This document shows positions 14,098-28,309 of a stretch of DNA of 64,000 nt, piece after piece. Within the stretch, counting starts at the first letter, position 1; each line of letters opens with the position of its first letter. The stretch is from Camelus ferus (taxonomy: Eukaryota). The notes under the pieces are model-generated. The model ran no database searches. It was given only the letters and a program-made list of their open reading frames with translations, and was not told the DNA's origin. Made by a program: the position numbers and the translations under genes. The stretch is from the NCBI RefSeq assembly GCF_009834535.1, contig NC_045696.1:28832001-28896000 (forward strand), written 5' to 3'.

Positions 14098-14808
14098 AAT
14101 GAGTTAGCATTATATTTATTGGTTTGTTTTATTTTAATTATTTTCTCTCTTAAAAGCAAGCATGCAATAATAAGTATGGAATAGCTTCTTCCTATAATCT
14201 CATTTTCATTATGATACGTGTTTTCTTAAACAAAATTGGAAGTAGTGTATGATAGGTCGTTACTGTTTATTTTTGTTTTCAAACTCAGAATATAAGCAGC
14301 ATCCTGCACATAAAATAAACAAGATACTCTATATAAAGCAGTTAAACACTATACAGTACATATATTCCACCCTCAAATTGCCTCATCCTCAACCCTATTG
14401 TCAACAGCAGTTAAGAGATTGGTGCTTGATAAGTCTTGACTAGGCAAAGAATCTACTAATTATAATCGTACTCTTTCAGGAATCTTGTAATGTTAGGTGT
14501 ACTTTCTAATAGGTTCTTCTTCCTGATGTGATTCTAGAAAATTCCTCGCTGATTTAAAGTTCTCTAACAATAAGACATTTTACCATATGCATACACAAAG
14601 TCATTGATAAGTGAAGTACAAACCATATTATAAATTTGCTACACAAGAAAAAGCTAGTCAAAATATTGCACCAAATTTGTTATCATTAATTGATTCTGAA
14701 GAAAACAGTTTTGTCAGTTCTCATAGACATCATATTGCTCTAGTTCAAGCAGCTCTGGCTGTCATTTATATGTGTTTTAAGAATAAAACAAAAAATTATG
14801 GTTTAGAG

Positions 14809-15029
14809 CAGAGGTCAGCAAAATCTTTCTGAAAAGGACCAGGTAGTAAATATTTTTGTCTTTGTGGCTGCATATGGCCTTTTTTGCATAGTCTTCTATT
14901 TTTGTTTTTGTTTTTTTTTTTCATTTTAACAAATATTTAAAAATATAAAAATCATTGTTGGCTCTCAGTCTGTACAAAAATAGGTTCTAATCCACATTTG
15001 ACTTTCTGGCAGTAGTTTTCTGACCCCTG
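14809..15029. mobile_element. MER58-like hAT-Charlie non-autonomous DNA transposon
   Basis: TIRs cagaggtcagcaaa / ttttctgacccctg. Perfect 8-bp TSD gtttagag at 14801-14808 and 15030-15037. Length 221 bp. Confidence 0.9.
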
Positions 15030-15382
15030 GTTTAGAGGAATAAGATTACAAAACAAACATCTCATCTTTGCTTCCTACCCCCAACAGTCTATGAGAACTT
15101 GGGTGTAGATATTTTCATTGCTAAAAAGAAATGCAACAATGGTTTCCAAACTTTCTCTTTTCTTTTTTTTTTCATATATGTATGTATGTTTGTATGTATG
15201 AATTTATTTATTTTTGTTTAGACTCTGGTTTTGCTTTGGAGTTAGTATAATTTATGTAGGACCTGAAAATCCATGCCTCTCCCATTCAAAATAACTAATT
15301 TTGGATCAGTAAGAATAACATATTAAGAATAGTCCAATTATTTACTATATGTATTTTTATACATGAACAATTTTAAAGATTA

Positions 15383-15895
15383 CTATTATAGACAGAATTA
15401 TAAGCTGCCCCCATGACCTTCTTCCCTTACTAATATGCCTGGGATTGTGCCACATTAATGCACATGGAGATTTTCCAGGGGGGCTGAATCTAAGCATGAG
15501 TTCTCTACAAACAACAATTTTTCTATCTTTTGTGGCAGAAAAGAAATTTAGAGATTTAATACAAGAGAGATAGTCTGTTCCTGGCTCTGAACATGGAAAG
15601 GACATGAGAACAGCCACTAAGAACTGAGAGTGACCCTTGGCTGGAGATCAGCAAGAAAGCAGAGACTGTGGGAAACACTTAAAAGAAATGGACTTTTGCC
15701 ACAATCTGAATGACCTTAGAAGCCATTTTTCTACACAGCCTTTAAGTAAGAGCCCACTATGCTGACACCTTGATTTCAGCCTTGTGAGACTTAAGCAGAA
15801 CCCAGCAAAGCCCTCTCAGACTCCTGACTTAGTGAATTGTGAGCTAAGAACTAGGTGCTGCTTTAGGTTGCAAAGTTGTGATCATTTCTATGCAC
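15383..15895 (+). mobile_element. MaLR (MLT1-family) solo LTR
   Basis: gacagaattataagctgcccccatgac start. gctgacaccttgatttcagccttgtgagac and cagaacccagc...gactcctgact MLT1 3' motifs. Confidence 0.8.
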
Positions 15896-16040
15896 GTCTT
15901 AAGACAAAGTGAAAATGGAAACGGGATTTATAGATTTTTGTAAAGTGTGACTGAATATTTTAGAACACAATGTGAAGTTTAACCCCAAAATTCTTTGTTA
16001 CTGATAAGAGGGTATTATTGTTTAAAAAATGTTTTCTCCT

Positions 16041-16199
16041 GTGTCTTCTTCTTCTTCTTTTTTTTTTTTTTTAGATTTCACATACGAGTGATATCATATG
16101 GTATTTTTCCTTTTTCTTTCTGGCTTACTTCACTTAGAATGACAACCTCCTAAACTGATTATACTTCAATTTTTTTTTTAATTAAAAAAATTTTAAAAA
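16041..16199. mobile_element. Short 5'-inverted LINE-1 insertion
   Basis: 16041-16150 is the reverse complement of the L1 ORF2-end segment seen at ~53379-53466. 16151 onward (taaactgattatacttcaat plus A/T tail) is the sense L1 3' terminus, as at 62441-62464. Confidence 0.7.
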
Positions 16200-19100
16200 G
16201 AGAATTTTTCCTGAAGAAGCAGTGAAGTACCCCATTTTTTAGTATATTTTCTTGAAATAGATTTCTAAAATAGCGCTCCAGTAAATGTCCTTGATTTTTA
16301 TCATGTGTGAAAGTTATGCTTTGAATTTTAAAATATTTATTTTTAGAAATTATTCTTAGTTTAGAGTCACATCATATAACTAGTCTTTTCTATTGTTAAT
16401 GGAAGTTGAGAGAAAATATGGGGAAATTACATAATTTGGTAAGCTTGTTATTCTCTATTGCTTTTGTACTGAAATATCTAAATCTTAAGTATATACTACA
16501 TTTTTAGTGTTCAGACAAGAGGAAAATAAGAAGGAGCATTTCAATTGATAGCACAAAGGATTTTTCATTTTCTTGGTAATAGGGAATTGTGTAATTTCCT
16601 CCTCTCCAAATGGTCTACCAGGTTATTTTAATCTCAACTCACCCACTCATAATCACTGTTTTATTGTTATTTATTAAGCTAGATTGAGTATAGCTGTTTG
16701 TCCTGAGTGGGTTCTGGCTTACATCTATTCTTAACCCAATTTTTATGAATGAAGATACTGAGAATTGGAGACAATGTAAGTAACTCACTCAAAGTTGATC
16801 ACTTATATGTATGCTCTGACACATACATTACTATTGCATTCCAAAGCTTGACTTTGATCTACCACACTGGTTCTTTAATGTTAGCTGGTAATTTCATTTA
16901 TTTATTGAAGTCAATACCACTTACAAGTTAATCTTTATTCCTAGGCTAGGTGATCAATTTGGACTTGACTCACGGGAAATAAAGTATCTTTAGGACTGTA
17001 ATTTACTGAACCAACATTAAATTAGCCTCGGTGCAGGTTCTGTCCTGACTGTTGTAATCAAGTTCCAGTAACTGGAAACTTGCATCAAATCCCTGGGTTC
17101 CTATTCCTCCCACTTTTATACCAAGTCTCTCAAAAATGGCTGATTGCTGGACCTGAGCTCCAATCTAAGTCACTCTCTCTTTTCCTATACTTCTTTCTCT
17201 GCTGTAAGAGGTACTGGAGATACAAGACTAGAAAGACACAGTTTTAGTTTTTAATTCTCAATTAATTGTTATGGGGGTACCACCAACTATCTGTTTCTTT
17301 AACGGTTGCATATCCATTCCGTACTTAATACATTCACATGTCTTCTATTAATTGCTATTGAAAGTAAAGACACACATTGCTGTAAGACTATCTTAAGAAT
17401 TGTCAATTTCCTGGCCTTCTCTAACTTCAGTTTAGGAAATATTAACTCCCCTAAACTCCATCTCCCGGCCTTGCCTTATTTGTCTTGCTTTTGCTAACTG
17501 AGTACCACTTATTTAATATTCCTTACAACAATGTTTTTACTAGGCAACATAATCATGTACTACTGTAATATAAACTTGAATGAAACCACTCACTGCCCCA
17601 GCCACAAGCTATCTCTAATTATTAGCATGCACTCCATCATATATTCAATGATAGCAATAATGAGCATATTTAAATATGAGAATATAAAAATATTGATATT
17701 TTAAAAAATGAATGCACATATTTTCTAAAATAAGTTCATGTGGTTCTTAAGTAATTAAATAAAAACAAGATTTTCTACTTCTTCATTATTTATCCTCCAT
17801 AGAAACACACAAACACTGTTATACTAACTGAAATTAATGACCAATAATTCCTTTTCTCTTAGGAAATTCCTTAGCATATTTTAGCTCTCCCTGATGTTTT
17901 AGGGATTTTCAGTTGCATCAGTGGTGTTCTAGCAAAAGTATATACATATATCCATTTTTCAAGTCCAGACATTTTTAAAAAGGGTAATAAAACTGTCAGA
18001 TATCATATTTAAAGCAATTTTTGAGAAAGTCAAGTTTTATTTGCTGTTCCATCTGCTGAGATGGTTCTCTTCATTACTCAAGAAATCAGTTCTATAAATT
18101 TTTAATGGGACAATTTCTCAAACTTGGTATAACATCTGTGAAGAGATTATTCAAATAATGCTTTCAAGTATGTGAATTTATCACTGTGAGTTAATGTTTA
18201 ATCATGGATTCCTATTTGTTGAAGAAAAAAGATCTGACATTTCACATTTGTACATTTTGGATTACATGATCAAGGCATTTAAAACAAAACCATGTGTTCT
18301 CAAATGTTTCGGCAAACACTACTCCAGATAATGCATCTATCAAGTAATGTGATGGCAGACTTACTGAGAAAAGAATTATATACAAATAAGTTTTACTTGA
18401 TTATTTCTTCACTATTCTTCTAGCTTGTTTATTGATGTTTTGCCTTTTTTATTTTGGAACATAGAATTAAAACATTCTTGGGGTTTAACAAACCTATTTG
18501 GGATGGAAGTATTCTAGCCCATTTTTTCAAATGGAAAATAATGTACTCTCAGTTCATTGAAAGCTATGTAGTCAGAAGATTTTGATTTAAAAATATATAT
18601 ATAAAAGTCTGTCACTTGACTGACAATAACAGAAGCCAATAATATGGATTTTAATAATGAAGTTTTTAAAAGTGAATCTTTTTTTAAGTTAAACTGTAAC
18701 AATGCTTTAAGTTTAATTCAATTTTATTTCTTTACACAGGCATAACCACTGACATAAAGTGAAAACAGATTCATATTATTGAAAGTAAAAAGCATGAACT
18801 TATAACTATATTGAAGATACATGAAAGGTCCAGATATTTTAAACAGTATATAAAGTTATTTTTCAACCTCATATCTACCACCAATATCAAGAAGTGTAGA
18901 AATGACACAGATCAATAAGCTACATAATATATATGTGAGCTTGTTATTCTTAATATATCCTTTCTGTGAAACCTCGAAAAATAGTTAAAATTGATGAAGG
19001 TTTAAAACTAAGTATTTTTTTTTGTTTTTCTTATACTTTATTATATAGAAACAGTAAGATACTCGATTAAAGTTGAAAATCTAATTTTCTTGGGAGCAAG

Positions 19101-19731
19101 AAAACACATACATTTTCCTTAACCTGTTTGCTTGTGTGTGTATGTGTGTGTCATAGAAATAAATAAATCAATTCTAACCAAAAAAAAATATAATATAGTA
19201 GCCAGAATTTGTCTTATCTAAAACTCATGTCTTGGAGGGGGAAAAAAAAGGCAAGGAAGAAACAAAGGCTAGGGAAGAAAGGAAGAGAGATAAACAGAGA
19301 AAAAGAACGGTAGAGACAGAGTGAGACAGAGAAATGGCTGAAAATTCTAGGTGTGGTTAATCTTAATGTGAAAATAATTTACTGAAAAATTTGATTTAAC
19401 CCAGCAATTTGGAACCTGGGAAAACTCCTAATCCTAGACGAAGATTGCCTTCATTAATTCAGGTGTTTGGTGATCACAGATTGTTAATCCATTATCTGGT
19501 TAAAAATGTATGGCTGAAAAAAGGATTTGATGGTGAAATAGTAATAAAGTAGGAGCCATCATCCTGATTTTTATAAGGCTTACAGTCTGCTTGTAGAGAA
19601 AAATAATTCATTAAATCACACAATACCCAGACCATAAATTATCAAAGTATATAATTACATGCAATTTTCTGAAGTTCAGATCAAAGTGCTTAGGAATTTA
19701 GACAACAGCAGGGTGGTCAAAGTCTGGGATG

Positions 19732-20202
19732 GATGCTAAGCTCAATAAGGGCTCCCAAAGATATTCAGGTCCTCACCCTTGGTACCTGTGAATGTTACCT
19801 TATTTGGCAAAGGGATTTTTCAGATGTGATTAAATTAAAATCTTGGAATGGGTTGTATTATTTTGGATTATCTGGAATGACTCTATGTGTAATCACAAAA
19901 CATACTTTTAAGAGGGAGGTAGAGAGAGATTTGACTCAGAAGATAGAAGCCTGAGAGGAAAAGCCAATATAATGGGGAGCCATGAACCAAGGAATGAGGA
20001 CAGTCTCCAGAAACTTGAAGAACCAAGAAAACTGATTCTTTTCATAGCTTCCTGAAAGAGTAACAGCCTGCCAACACCTTGATTTTTGACTCAGTGAAAC
20101 TGATTTTGAACTTCTGACCTCAAGAACTATACAAAAAATATGTGTTGTTTGAAGCTATCAAGGCTGTGGTAGTTGTCACGGTAGCCATGCAAAACTAAAC
20201 CA
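19732..20202 (+). mobile_element. MaLR (MLT1C/D-like) solo LTR
   Basis: ctcccaaagatattcaggtcctcacccttggtacctgtgaatgttaccttatttggcaaagggatttttcagatgtgattaa...gcctgccaacaccttgattttt...gaacttctgacctc...aaaactaaacca. Confidence 0.85.
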
Positions 20203-20439
20203 CGGGTGCATTTTGGAATACGCATTTCTGAATTCGTGGATTTGTTTAACTACTCTATGCTAATAATTCTAGCAGTGTTCCATTACTGTAAGAGATAAAA
20301 AGTTGTCCACCAGCATGAAGCTAATTTTTTTTGATGGAGAATATACACTTTAAGTAAGTAACCCTATAAATAAATATGACAATTTTCAGAAAGTTATATG
20401 CAAAAAGGGCAAAATAATATGAGAGTAAGTTTTAAGAGA

Positions 20440-21440
20440 GTGAAAGACACTCCACACTGGAAGAAAACATTTTCAAATCACATATTCAAACAAAGGACTT
20501 GATGGAATATATGAGAACTTCTCTCAAAACAGTTACAAAATAAGCAGCCTAATTTTTAAAATGTACAAAAACACATAACAGAATTTTTACCCCAAAAGAT
20601 GTGGGATGGCGAGTGAGTACAGGAAAGATATTCCGCATTATCAATGTTTAGAGAAATACAAATTACAATCACAGTGAGATAACCGCTAGACTCATATCAG
20701 AAGAGGTAAAATACAAGCATACTGACAATACCTAATACTGATACGAATGTATAGCAAGTTCAATTCTTACCTATTATTCGTGGGAATGCAAATGATACAG
20801 CCACTCTGAAAAAATTGGCAGGTTTATTATAAATTTAAACATATGGTTACTATATGATCCAAGTATCCCACATTTGGATAGTTATGCTAGAAAAATAAAA
20901 ACTTTTGTTAACCAAAAATGTGTATGCCAATGTTTATAGTAGTTCTATTTAAATTTGCAAAAATCTGGAAATAACTCAAATATCCTTCAGAAGATAAATA
21001 ATATCCAAACAGTGGGATATCCATGCAATGGACTACTACTCATGAATAAAAAGAAGTGTATTGATACAAATAAGAATTTGGATGAATCACAATAGGCATT
21101 ATGCTGAGTGAAAGAAGCCAGTCTCAAAATGTTACATACTATTTGATTCCATTATATAAAATTCTTGAAGAGATCAACTATAGTGATGGAGAACAGATCA
21201 GTGGATGTCCATGGTCTGGAGGGGTAGAATGTAGAGAATGTGATTATAAAGGAATAGCATTAGGGAAATATTCTGGGGATTTTGGAATAGTTTGCTATCT
21301 TGATGACAGTTAGTGGTTACACATACCGAAGCATGTTAAATAATAATAAAGTAATAAAGCCCATAGAATGTACACCAAAAAAAAAAGTCAATTTTACTGT
21401 ACGTCAATTTATTTGTTCAAAACAATAAATAAAAAAAAAT
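20440..21440 (+). mobile_element. Old LINE-1 (L1MC/ME-like) ORF2 3' end and 3'UTR
   Basis: tggaagaaaacattttcaaatcacatat; agagaaatacaaattacaatcacagtgagata; attatgctgagtgaaagaagccagtctcaaaatgttacatac; A-rich tail at ~21425-21440. Confidence 0.85.
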
Positions 21441-21829
21441 AGTACTGTGATTTTCAGCTTGTTCATTCAGAAAATAGTAAAGAATGGTGACAGGAGTAAG
21501 GCAGAAAAAATTAGATTAGTCAGCGTAAGGATTCTGAGGAGCTGAAGTCTGAGCAGGAATTTGGATGACAAGAGGGATCGACTCTCTGTGGATCTAGAAC
21601 AGCTGGGCTTAGACCCCGGGTGAGGGCACATGCAGTGGGAAGGCAGGGAGAAGTTGTGTGTCTAAGCGAGAGGGAAGGCTAATGTGTGCACCACACAGTG
21701 AGGAAAGGAAGGAAGGTGGCATCAGCAAGAGGTCAGAGAGAAATTAGTTAAGAAGCATCACAGAACAGATGGCTCTTAAGAAGTGAGAACAACTCATAGT
21801 TGAATAAAATACCTTCTCCAAACAGAAAG

Positions 21830-22310
21830 CAAGGACCAAGCTGAAAAGGTTACACACATGTATGATTCCAAAAATGTGACAGTCTGGAAAAATAAAACAT
21901 GGAGATGGTAAAAAAGATTAGTAGTTGCCAGGGTTGAGGTGCAGAGGAGGGCTGAACAGGTGGCAGACAGAAAGACCTCTAGGACAGTGCCATTCCCCAC
22001 GATACAGTAATGATGGCATGTGTCGTTGCGTATGGTGTCTAAAATCACTGACTGAAATACAAGAGTGACTGCTAATGTAAACCATGGACTTCTAGTGACT
22101 ATGATTTGTCCATTGTCAGTTCATCAATTGTAACAGCTATTATTACTCTGGTGAGGGATGTTGATAATGGGAAAGGTTATGCAGGGAGTGTATGGGACAT
22201 CTCTGTACAATTTTGGTTTGAACTTTATCCTGTCCCCAAAATAAAGTCTCTAAAATTAATTATTAATTAAAATAAATAAATAAATAATCTAAAACAAAAC
22301 AAGCAAAAGC
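21830..22310 (+). mobile_element. L1MC-like 3' end
   Basis: ctgaaaaggttacacacatgtatgattccaa...ctaatgtaaaccatggact...ttcatcaattgtaaca...ctctggtgagggatgttgataatggg...aaaataaagtct, then an A-rich tail. Confidence 0.8.
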
Positions 22311-25300
22311 TTTATTATTTTCCCTAAGTAAAATTTATTTATTCAGAGTTGCTTTAACTCTTCCACCAAGTCCAGTGATTTTGCAAGAAATTTACACCTC
22401 CTTGACAGTTTTTTCCACCCGTGCCTCCTTTCTTCTTTCCCTCCTTTCATTCCTTTGTATTTTTGTTATTTGTATATTTTTAATTATCTTTTTACTTCTT
22501 TCTTCTATATAATCATAATCAAAATAAAAATACTTTAAAAAAAAAGTGTATCTAAACTTACTTGCAGTCTCATGACATAGAATAGTGTCTTCAGTGTGGC
22601 AGAGACTTCGTGGATGTTGGTCAGGTTTTGTTTGCTTGCTTCTAAACACTTTCTAAAAATTTATGTATTGTAGAAATAAATGTCATTAAGTTTCCTTTAA
22701 GTTTCTAACATATTAGAAATGCAATGTTTCTAATGTATTTTGTGTTTATCCCAGTAACGCTTTCTCTTCTCTACTTCAACAAGAGTAAGAAAGTTATCAA
22801 AATAGTTTTTTGAAAAGTGATCCTATGGAAAAGTATTGAACAGTCATAGATATATTTTAGATGAGGAAATAGAAGGTTAAGGGGATAATTGATACCTGTT
22901 TTCAAGTGTACTAAGCTTGATTATAAGACTCACGTTGACCATGTTCTCTAAATGTATAAAGGTCATGGCAAAGATCAAATCATCGTAAGTTCCTGCAATA
23001 CTGCTAATCAGACACAAAGAAGAAAAAAGTATTTAACCATGATGGTAATTAATTACTCAAGCAAGCTATCATGGGGATTGTAGAATTTTAATTCTAGAAA
23101 ATGAAAAAAATATATGTATATTTCTTGATTGTTTCTATTAAAGTAAAAGTGTAGTACATTAACCCTGTAGGATTACAGCCCCTCTATCAGAGAAAAATAA
23201 AACTCAGTGTATTAATGTGTAAAGTTAAATACAAATGCGTGTCTTAAAGTCGTATCCATAGTCTAAGTATTGATCAATAGCAAATTGTCAAAAACATCCA
23301 ATATTGTGGTAGGTTATGTAGGGTATACAGAGAAGCGTAAAACTATGTCCTCTATCAAAAAAGCAAGACAGAAACTATAGGATATGATTACTGACATGAA
23401 AGACTCATTTTAAGAATTTATGTCATTAGATGTAAAATTATATTTAGATCTTCAAAGATGAAGAGGTCAGCAGCAAGTGAACATCCATGGAAGGCTTCAT
23501 TTACTTACTTATCAATTACCATTCAGGTTTTATCTGTTTAATCTCTTCTGGGGTGGGAGTTACCAACATAGAACCCTAGCCTCTGTATAGAAGGTAAAAC
23601 TGGGTCAGTGATGAACACTGCAGAATGAAAAAAATACGTGAAAACATAGAGTGGACATGAGCATGATGTGATGGATGTCCTGGTAAGTGCTAAGGGTCAC
23701 AAGGAAATAACGGTGCCAGATCTTAGAGGGGTTTAAGAGCTGGACACTGCAGTAAGAAATGGAATAGGAAATGTTATCTTAGAAAAGCACAAATTGTGTT
23801 GTATCAATGTTGATTACATTATTAAAAGTAATGAATTACTCTAACATTTAGATGACTGAAATCCAGTTCACAGTGATCATGACTTTTATTTTAAACTGTG
23901 ATATTTTCACAGCACTGACTGAAAATATTTCTATTTTTTTTGCAGGGGGAGAGACATGAAAAATATGGCACATAATTTATGATAACCTAAAAAGATTTTG
24001 CATATGCAGAACAATAATTAAAAGATTTGAGCAATTCTAGTTTCATTAACTGAATATTTCTATTAAGATTGTTACCAGTAGTATAGAACTGCTGTACACA
24101 CCAAGTTCTTATTTATGGACTTATTTTTCATCTTTAGGGAACTTTCATAAATGAAACATTATCACACAACAGCCATTCACAACATTTCAAAGATCTTTCT
24201 CTTTTTAGATACTCACTTTAGTTTCCTCCTGAAAACTCTTCTACACAACCTATACGGATATGCTTAAGGAAATCTGACATTTCCCTATTTCATCTCCAAT
24301 AACCCACAACATTTACCTGTCTAGTTTAAAACTAAAAACATGCAAATAAAATCTATGGATAAACAAGAAAATTTTCCCCTGCCTAAAAATCACAGCCAAT
24401 TTGATTAGAAACCCAGTGCTTGACTTCATCCATTAAAATCTAATGTTTCCTTTAAAATACAGATAATTTCCAGGATTAGTCCTACTCCGAGGCATCATTA
24501 ATTTTTATCTGAATTACCAGTTACGATCTCCAGCAGGCGTTAATTAGCAACCAAAAACAAAAAGAGATCCCAAAACAAGTTCTGAGTTTGTGAGAAGGTT
24601 CTTCAAGGAGAAGGCAGTCTACAAAGAATGTTGTTGTTTATTGAAAGAGGGAGAATTATCACATATTGCACACCTCATAATTTGATGAGGTATGTGATAG
24701 ATTCTAACCTAAATATGTTGTTCTTCAGGTCTACATAGGAATTTTTTTCTTTATTCTCTTATCCAGGTGGTTCTTAATCAAATTATCATCATTATTGTAA
24801 AATTCTTTTTCATAATGTTCTGGACAGTACTAGATTTTCCATTTCTGAGGCAGGGGCCAGAGTGTGGCAGACGAAGGAGCCAGTGGAAACACATTAGCTG
24901 TACCAGGATGAGCCAGCTGTCAGATAGGCTCAATTAGACAGTGGGCTCATTTGAAGAGCAGGAGGCACATAGCTATTGAAAGAAGGGGTAGAGAAATACT
25001 GAACTTTCAAGATCTGGTAATTGTAAAGTATTAGTAATCTTCAGATTCATAGGAGTATAGATGAGGCATTGGTTAGATGAGGCAAAATGAAGGCCTGAAG
25101 AAAGGAAGAACCAGTTTGCAATAAGGCAAACCAGGACGAAGTATCATTCCAAGCAGTGGTTTTCTCAGTAACCCGAGGTCCAGGCACCTGTCCACAGCAC
25201 TGTGTTGCTGGACTGGGGAGAGGGAGGGCGAGCCAATTTCAAGACATGAAGTAAGCCTCAGCAGAGAGAATGTCACACTAAGAGAAGGCAGACAAAATGC

Positions 25301-25879
25301 CTATTTTTCTTCTTTGTTTTTCTCATCAGCCTCCTGACCTTAGGCAAGCTATTTCTTGTTTACACAGACCTCAGTCGAACATTCCACACGTCTGTGGCAG
25401 AAGTGTGTAGGGCACTGGGGATGCAAAAATGAATAAGGCATCAGCTTAACAATATGGCACTGGCCTGAAGGCAGCAGACTAGACTAGAGGACATTATAAA
25501 GTCCCTTTACATCATTTCGTAAGGGATGCAATGAAAATTTGTCGTAACTGTTTTCTGTATCTTTGGTTTGTTTTGCTTGTGCTGAAAAATGATCTCAATA
25601 AATTGGGGAAAAAATGACTTGTTAACAGAAAATCTAAAGGAAGTGTACGTATATGCCCATTAGGATTTTTTCTCTATAGTTCTTAATTGTTAAATAGTAT
25701 ATTTAACTTCATGACTAGGCAGCATATCCAGGTCATTTTCTAACAGGAACTATGGTACATTACAGGGACTGAGAACCACATCCTAATTTTGACTTTGAGG
25801 CTTACTTGATTTGATATTTTCATCAATGTGAGACATGCTTTATGTTAGGCAAAATTTACAGTGGGATTTTTCCCCCTAG

Positions 25880-26560
25880 ACTATATTACAAAAAGTTTTA
25901 TTCTTTTTTTGATTTATAAGCAAAATCCTTGACAGTGGCCTCCCTCTGTCTCTTATATGCAATCATCATCAAAATCTATCATTTGTAGTTTCTAAGTGCA
26001 TTTTTTCAAATCCGTCTAATTCTCTTCAGGCTAAGAGACCATCATCCACAGCTTGGATTCCTTTCTTATGTCCCCACATCTTTCGAAGCCCTCCTCATTC
26101 ACTCCTCAAACAGCAAACAGGAAATCTGCTCACAACGTAGTGTGATCATCTCGTGCCAGTGCCTAAAACCTTTCAGCAGCTTCTTTTTCTCTATTTTTAA
26201 ATGCATATAAATGTTCACACACACACACACACACTGGCCTGCCTGCCCTCTCTCTCCTGCCCATTCCCCTAGTGCTTTCTCCTTCTGTCAATATGGTCTA
26301 TGGTCTTCTATCCGTTCCTCCAAAGCACAATGTTTCACTTTACTCAGGGTCTTCTCTGAGGCTAATTTCTTCTGACATGTCTTCCTTTCCCTTTCGTCCT
26401 AAGCAAATTCCTCTTCATTCTGTGAGCTTTAGATTAAATACCACTTCCTCAGGAACATTCCCTATCACCTCAAACTGGATTAGTTTTCTCTCTGCTTAGT
26501 TTAATCATTCTCTATACATTTACTTCATATATCTATCAAAATGACAATTATGATACATTA
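25880..26560 (+). mobile_element. L2 LINE fragment
   Basis: Pyrimidine-rich sense L2 motifs (gtgatcatctcgtgccagtgcctaaaacctttcagcagcttct; agattaaataccacttcctcaggaacattccct). Confidence 0.6.
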
Positions 26561-28309
26561 ATAAGTAAATTAATCATATAGTATTTATTTCTATAGGAAA
26601 ACAAATTATAAAACAAAACAAAACAAACATGAGGACTAAGGCTTTAGTGTTTTGGGGTCTGGGCTCCCTTGGACAAGGGGAGATTTAATAGCATTTTATA
26701 TGCATCACAAATGTCTGACCTTTAAAACAGCTCCACCCGCTGGCCTTGGTTCCTGAGACCTGTGTCTTTTGTAGGCATTTCAATAGATCTATTCCCTGAA
26801 GAAGGGAAACAGCTGTCATGTCTTCATTATAAAACCAAGGAGGAGCCAGATGCCTAAAATATTTTTTGTACTCAGCCTCTTCCATTGGATGTGATGCTCT
26901 ATGAGTGCAAAATTATGCCTGATTATATTTCTAGACTCTGGTACTGCACCTCACATACATGAAGAATACAACAAATCTTATCAATGAATAAATAAAGCAT
27001 TATTGAATGCTGCTATGTGTAAACTTTTTATCCTATGTCTATCCTTAGAGTCACCTCAATTATCCTTAAAGTATTTAGATACACATTTATCATTCTTATA
27101 ATACATACATTTGCTTCAATGAATAGCACATGGATGTATAAATTAGAAGTCAGAAGCTTCATGTATTCAACACTGTTTTCATTCCACAGACCTAATGTAC
27201 TTTGAAACCACGAACAGTTTTTAACTCAGTAACTTCTAATTAGTTTTTTGAACAACAAAAGAGAAATTGAAGGGTAATTGAATTTATCCAATTTGAGTGT
27301 TCACATCTCAAGAGACAGGGCAGGAGCAAGTACTAAAGAGAAAATCAGAATAAAAACATTAAGGGAAGAAGCATGACACCACCAATTTTTTTCATGTGAG
27401 ACATTTTATGGCATAAATCTGTTTTCACACAATATGTTCAATAGTTTTCATTCCAAACTAAAGCACATTAACTTTTAATCATCCTAAAATTGTCAGTTCT
27501 TAGCCAAAGAACAGAAAAATTCTTTATAAAACTTACCCTGATAAATTAAGGCCTGATGTTAACTCTGCCAAACCCTCTAGCAGAATTACTTTAACATAAC
27601 CTAAAAGAAAGAAATTACAGTTCAAAAAATTGGTAAAAGACGTTTTAGTTTTGACTTTTTTCTCTGTGACTTACTTTAAAAAAGAAAATTGGGAGAAAGG
27701 GAGTCTGTAAAATGCATTGCTTTACAAACTAAAGTTCGCACTAATAATCAAGTATATATAATAGACTAAGATAAAATAGATTTTAAAATATGTTGTAAAA
27801 TATTTTTTCTCTCCTACCATGCATCCTATTTTAAGTAAGAATCTCATTAAAAATTAAAAATGTTATTTATGCAACAAAGTTAAAGATTTATAATTTCTGG
27901 ATGGGCAGGACAATGCTGTTTTTAACTAAGAATCTTAAAAGAAAGAGAGTAAGGCATTGGCTTCTATTGAACAAGTGTTTATTACTGATGTTTTTTAAAA
28001 AGCTATTTATGCAAATAGGTTTGAAGAATTTTTAAATGGGCAATAAAATTAATCAGAATCATAAAAATAATGTTCAGGGAAAATAATCATTAAAACCAGA
28101 ACCATTGCGGTTATAAAGAGTCAATAGAACAGTCTGCAAATTGGTAATTTTATTTCTCAATGATCTTAATTTGTGTGAGGCATAAATACCACCACATCTC
28201 ATCTCATCATGCTGGGCTTAACACCAACGCATGAGTGAACACTAGTGTTCTTTTCCCAAATTGCTTTTTTCATTCTTGTGTTCTTTAAAATGACAGTTCT
28301 TGAATATGG

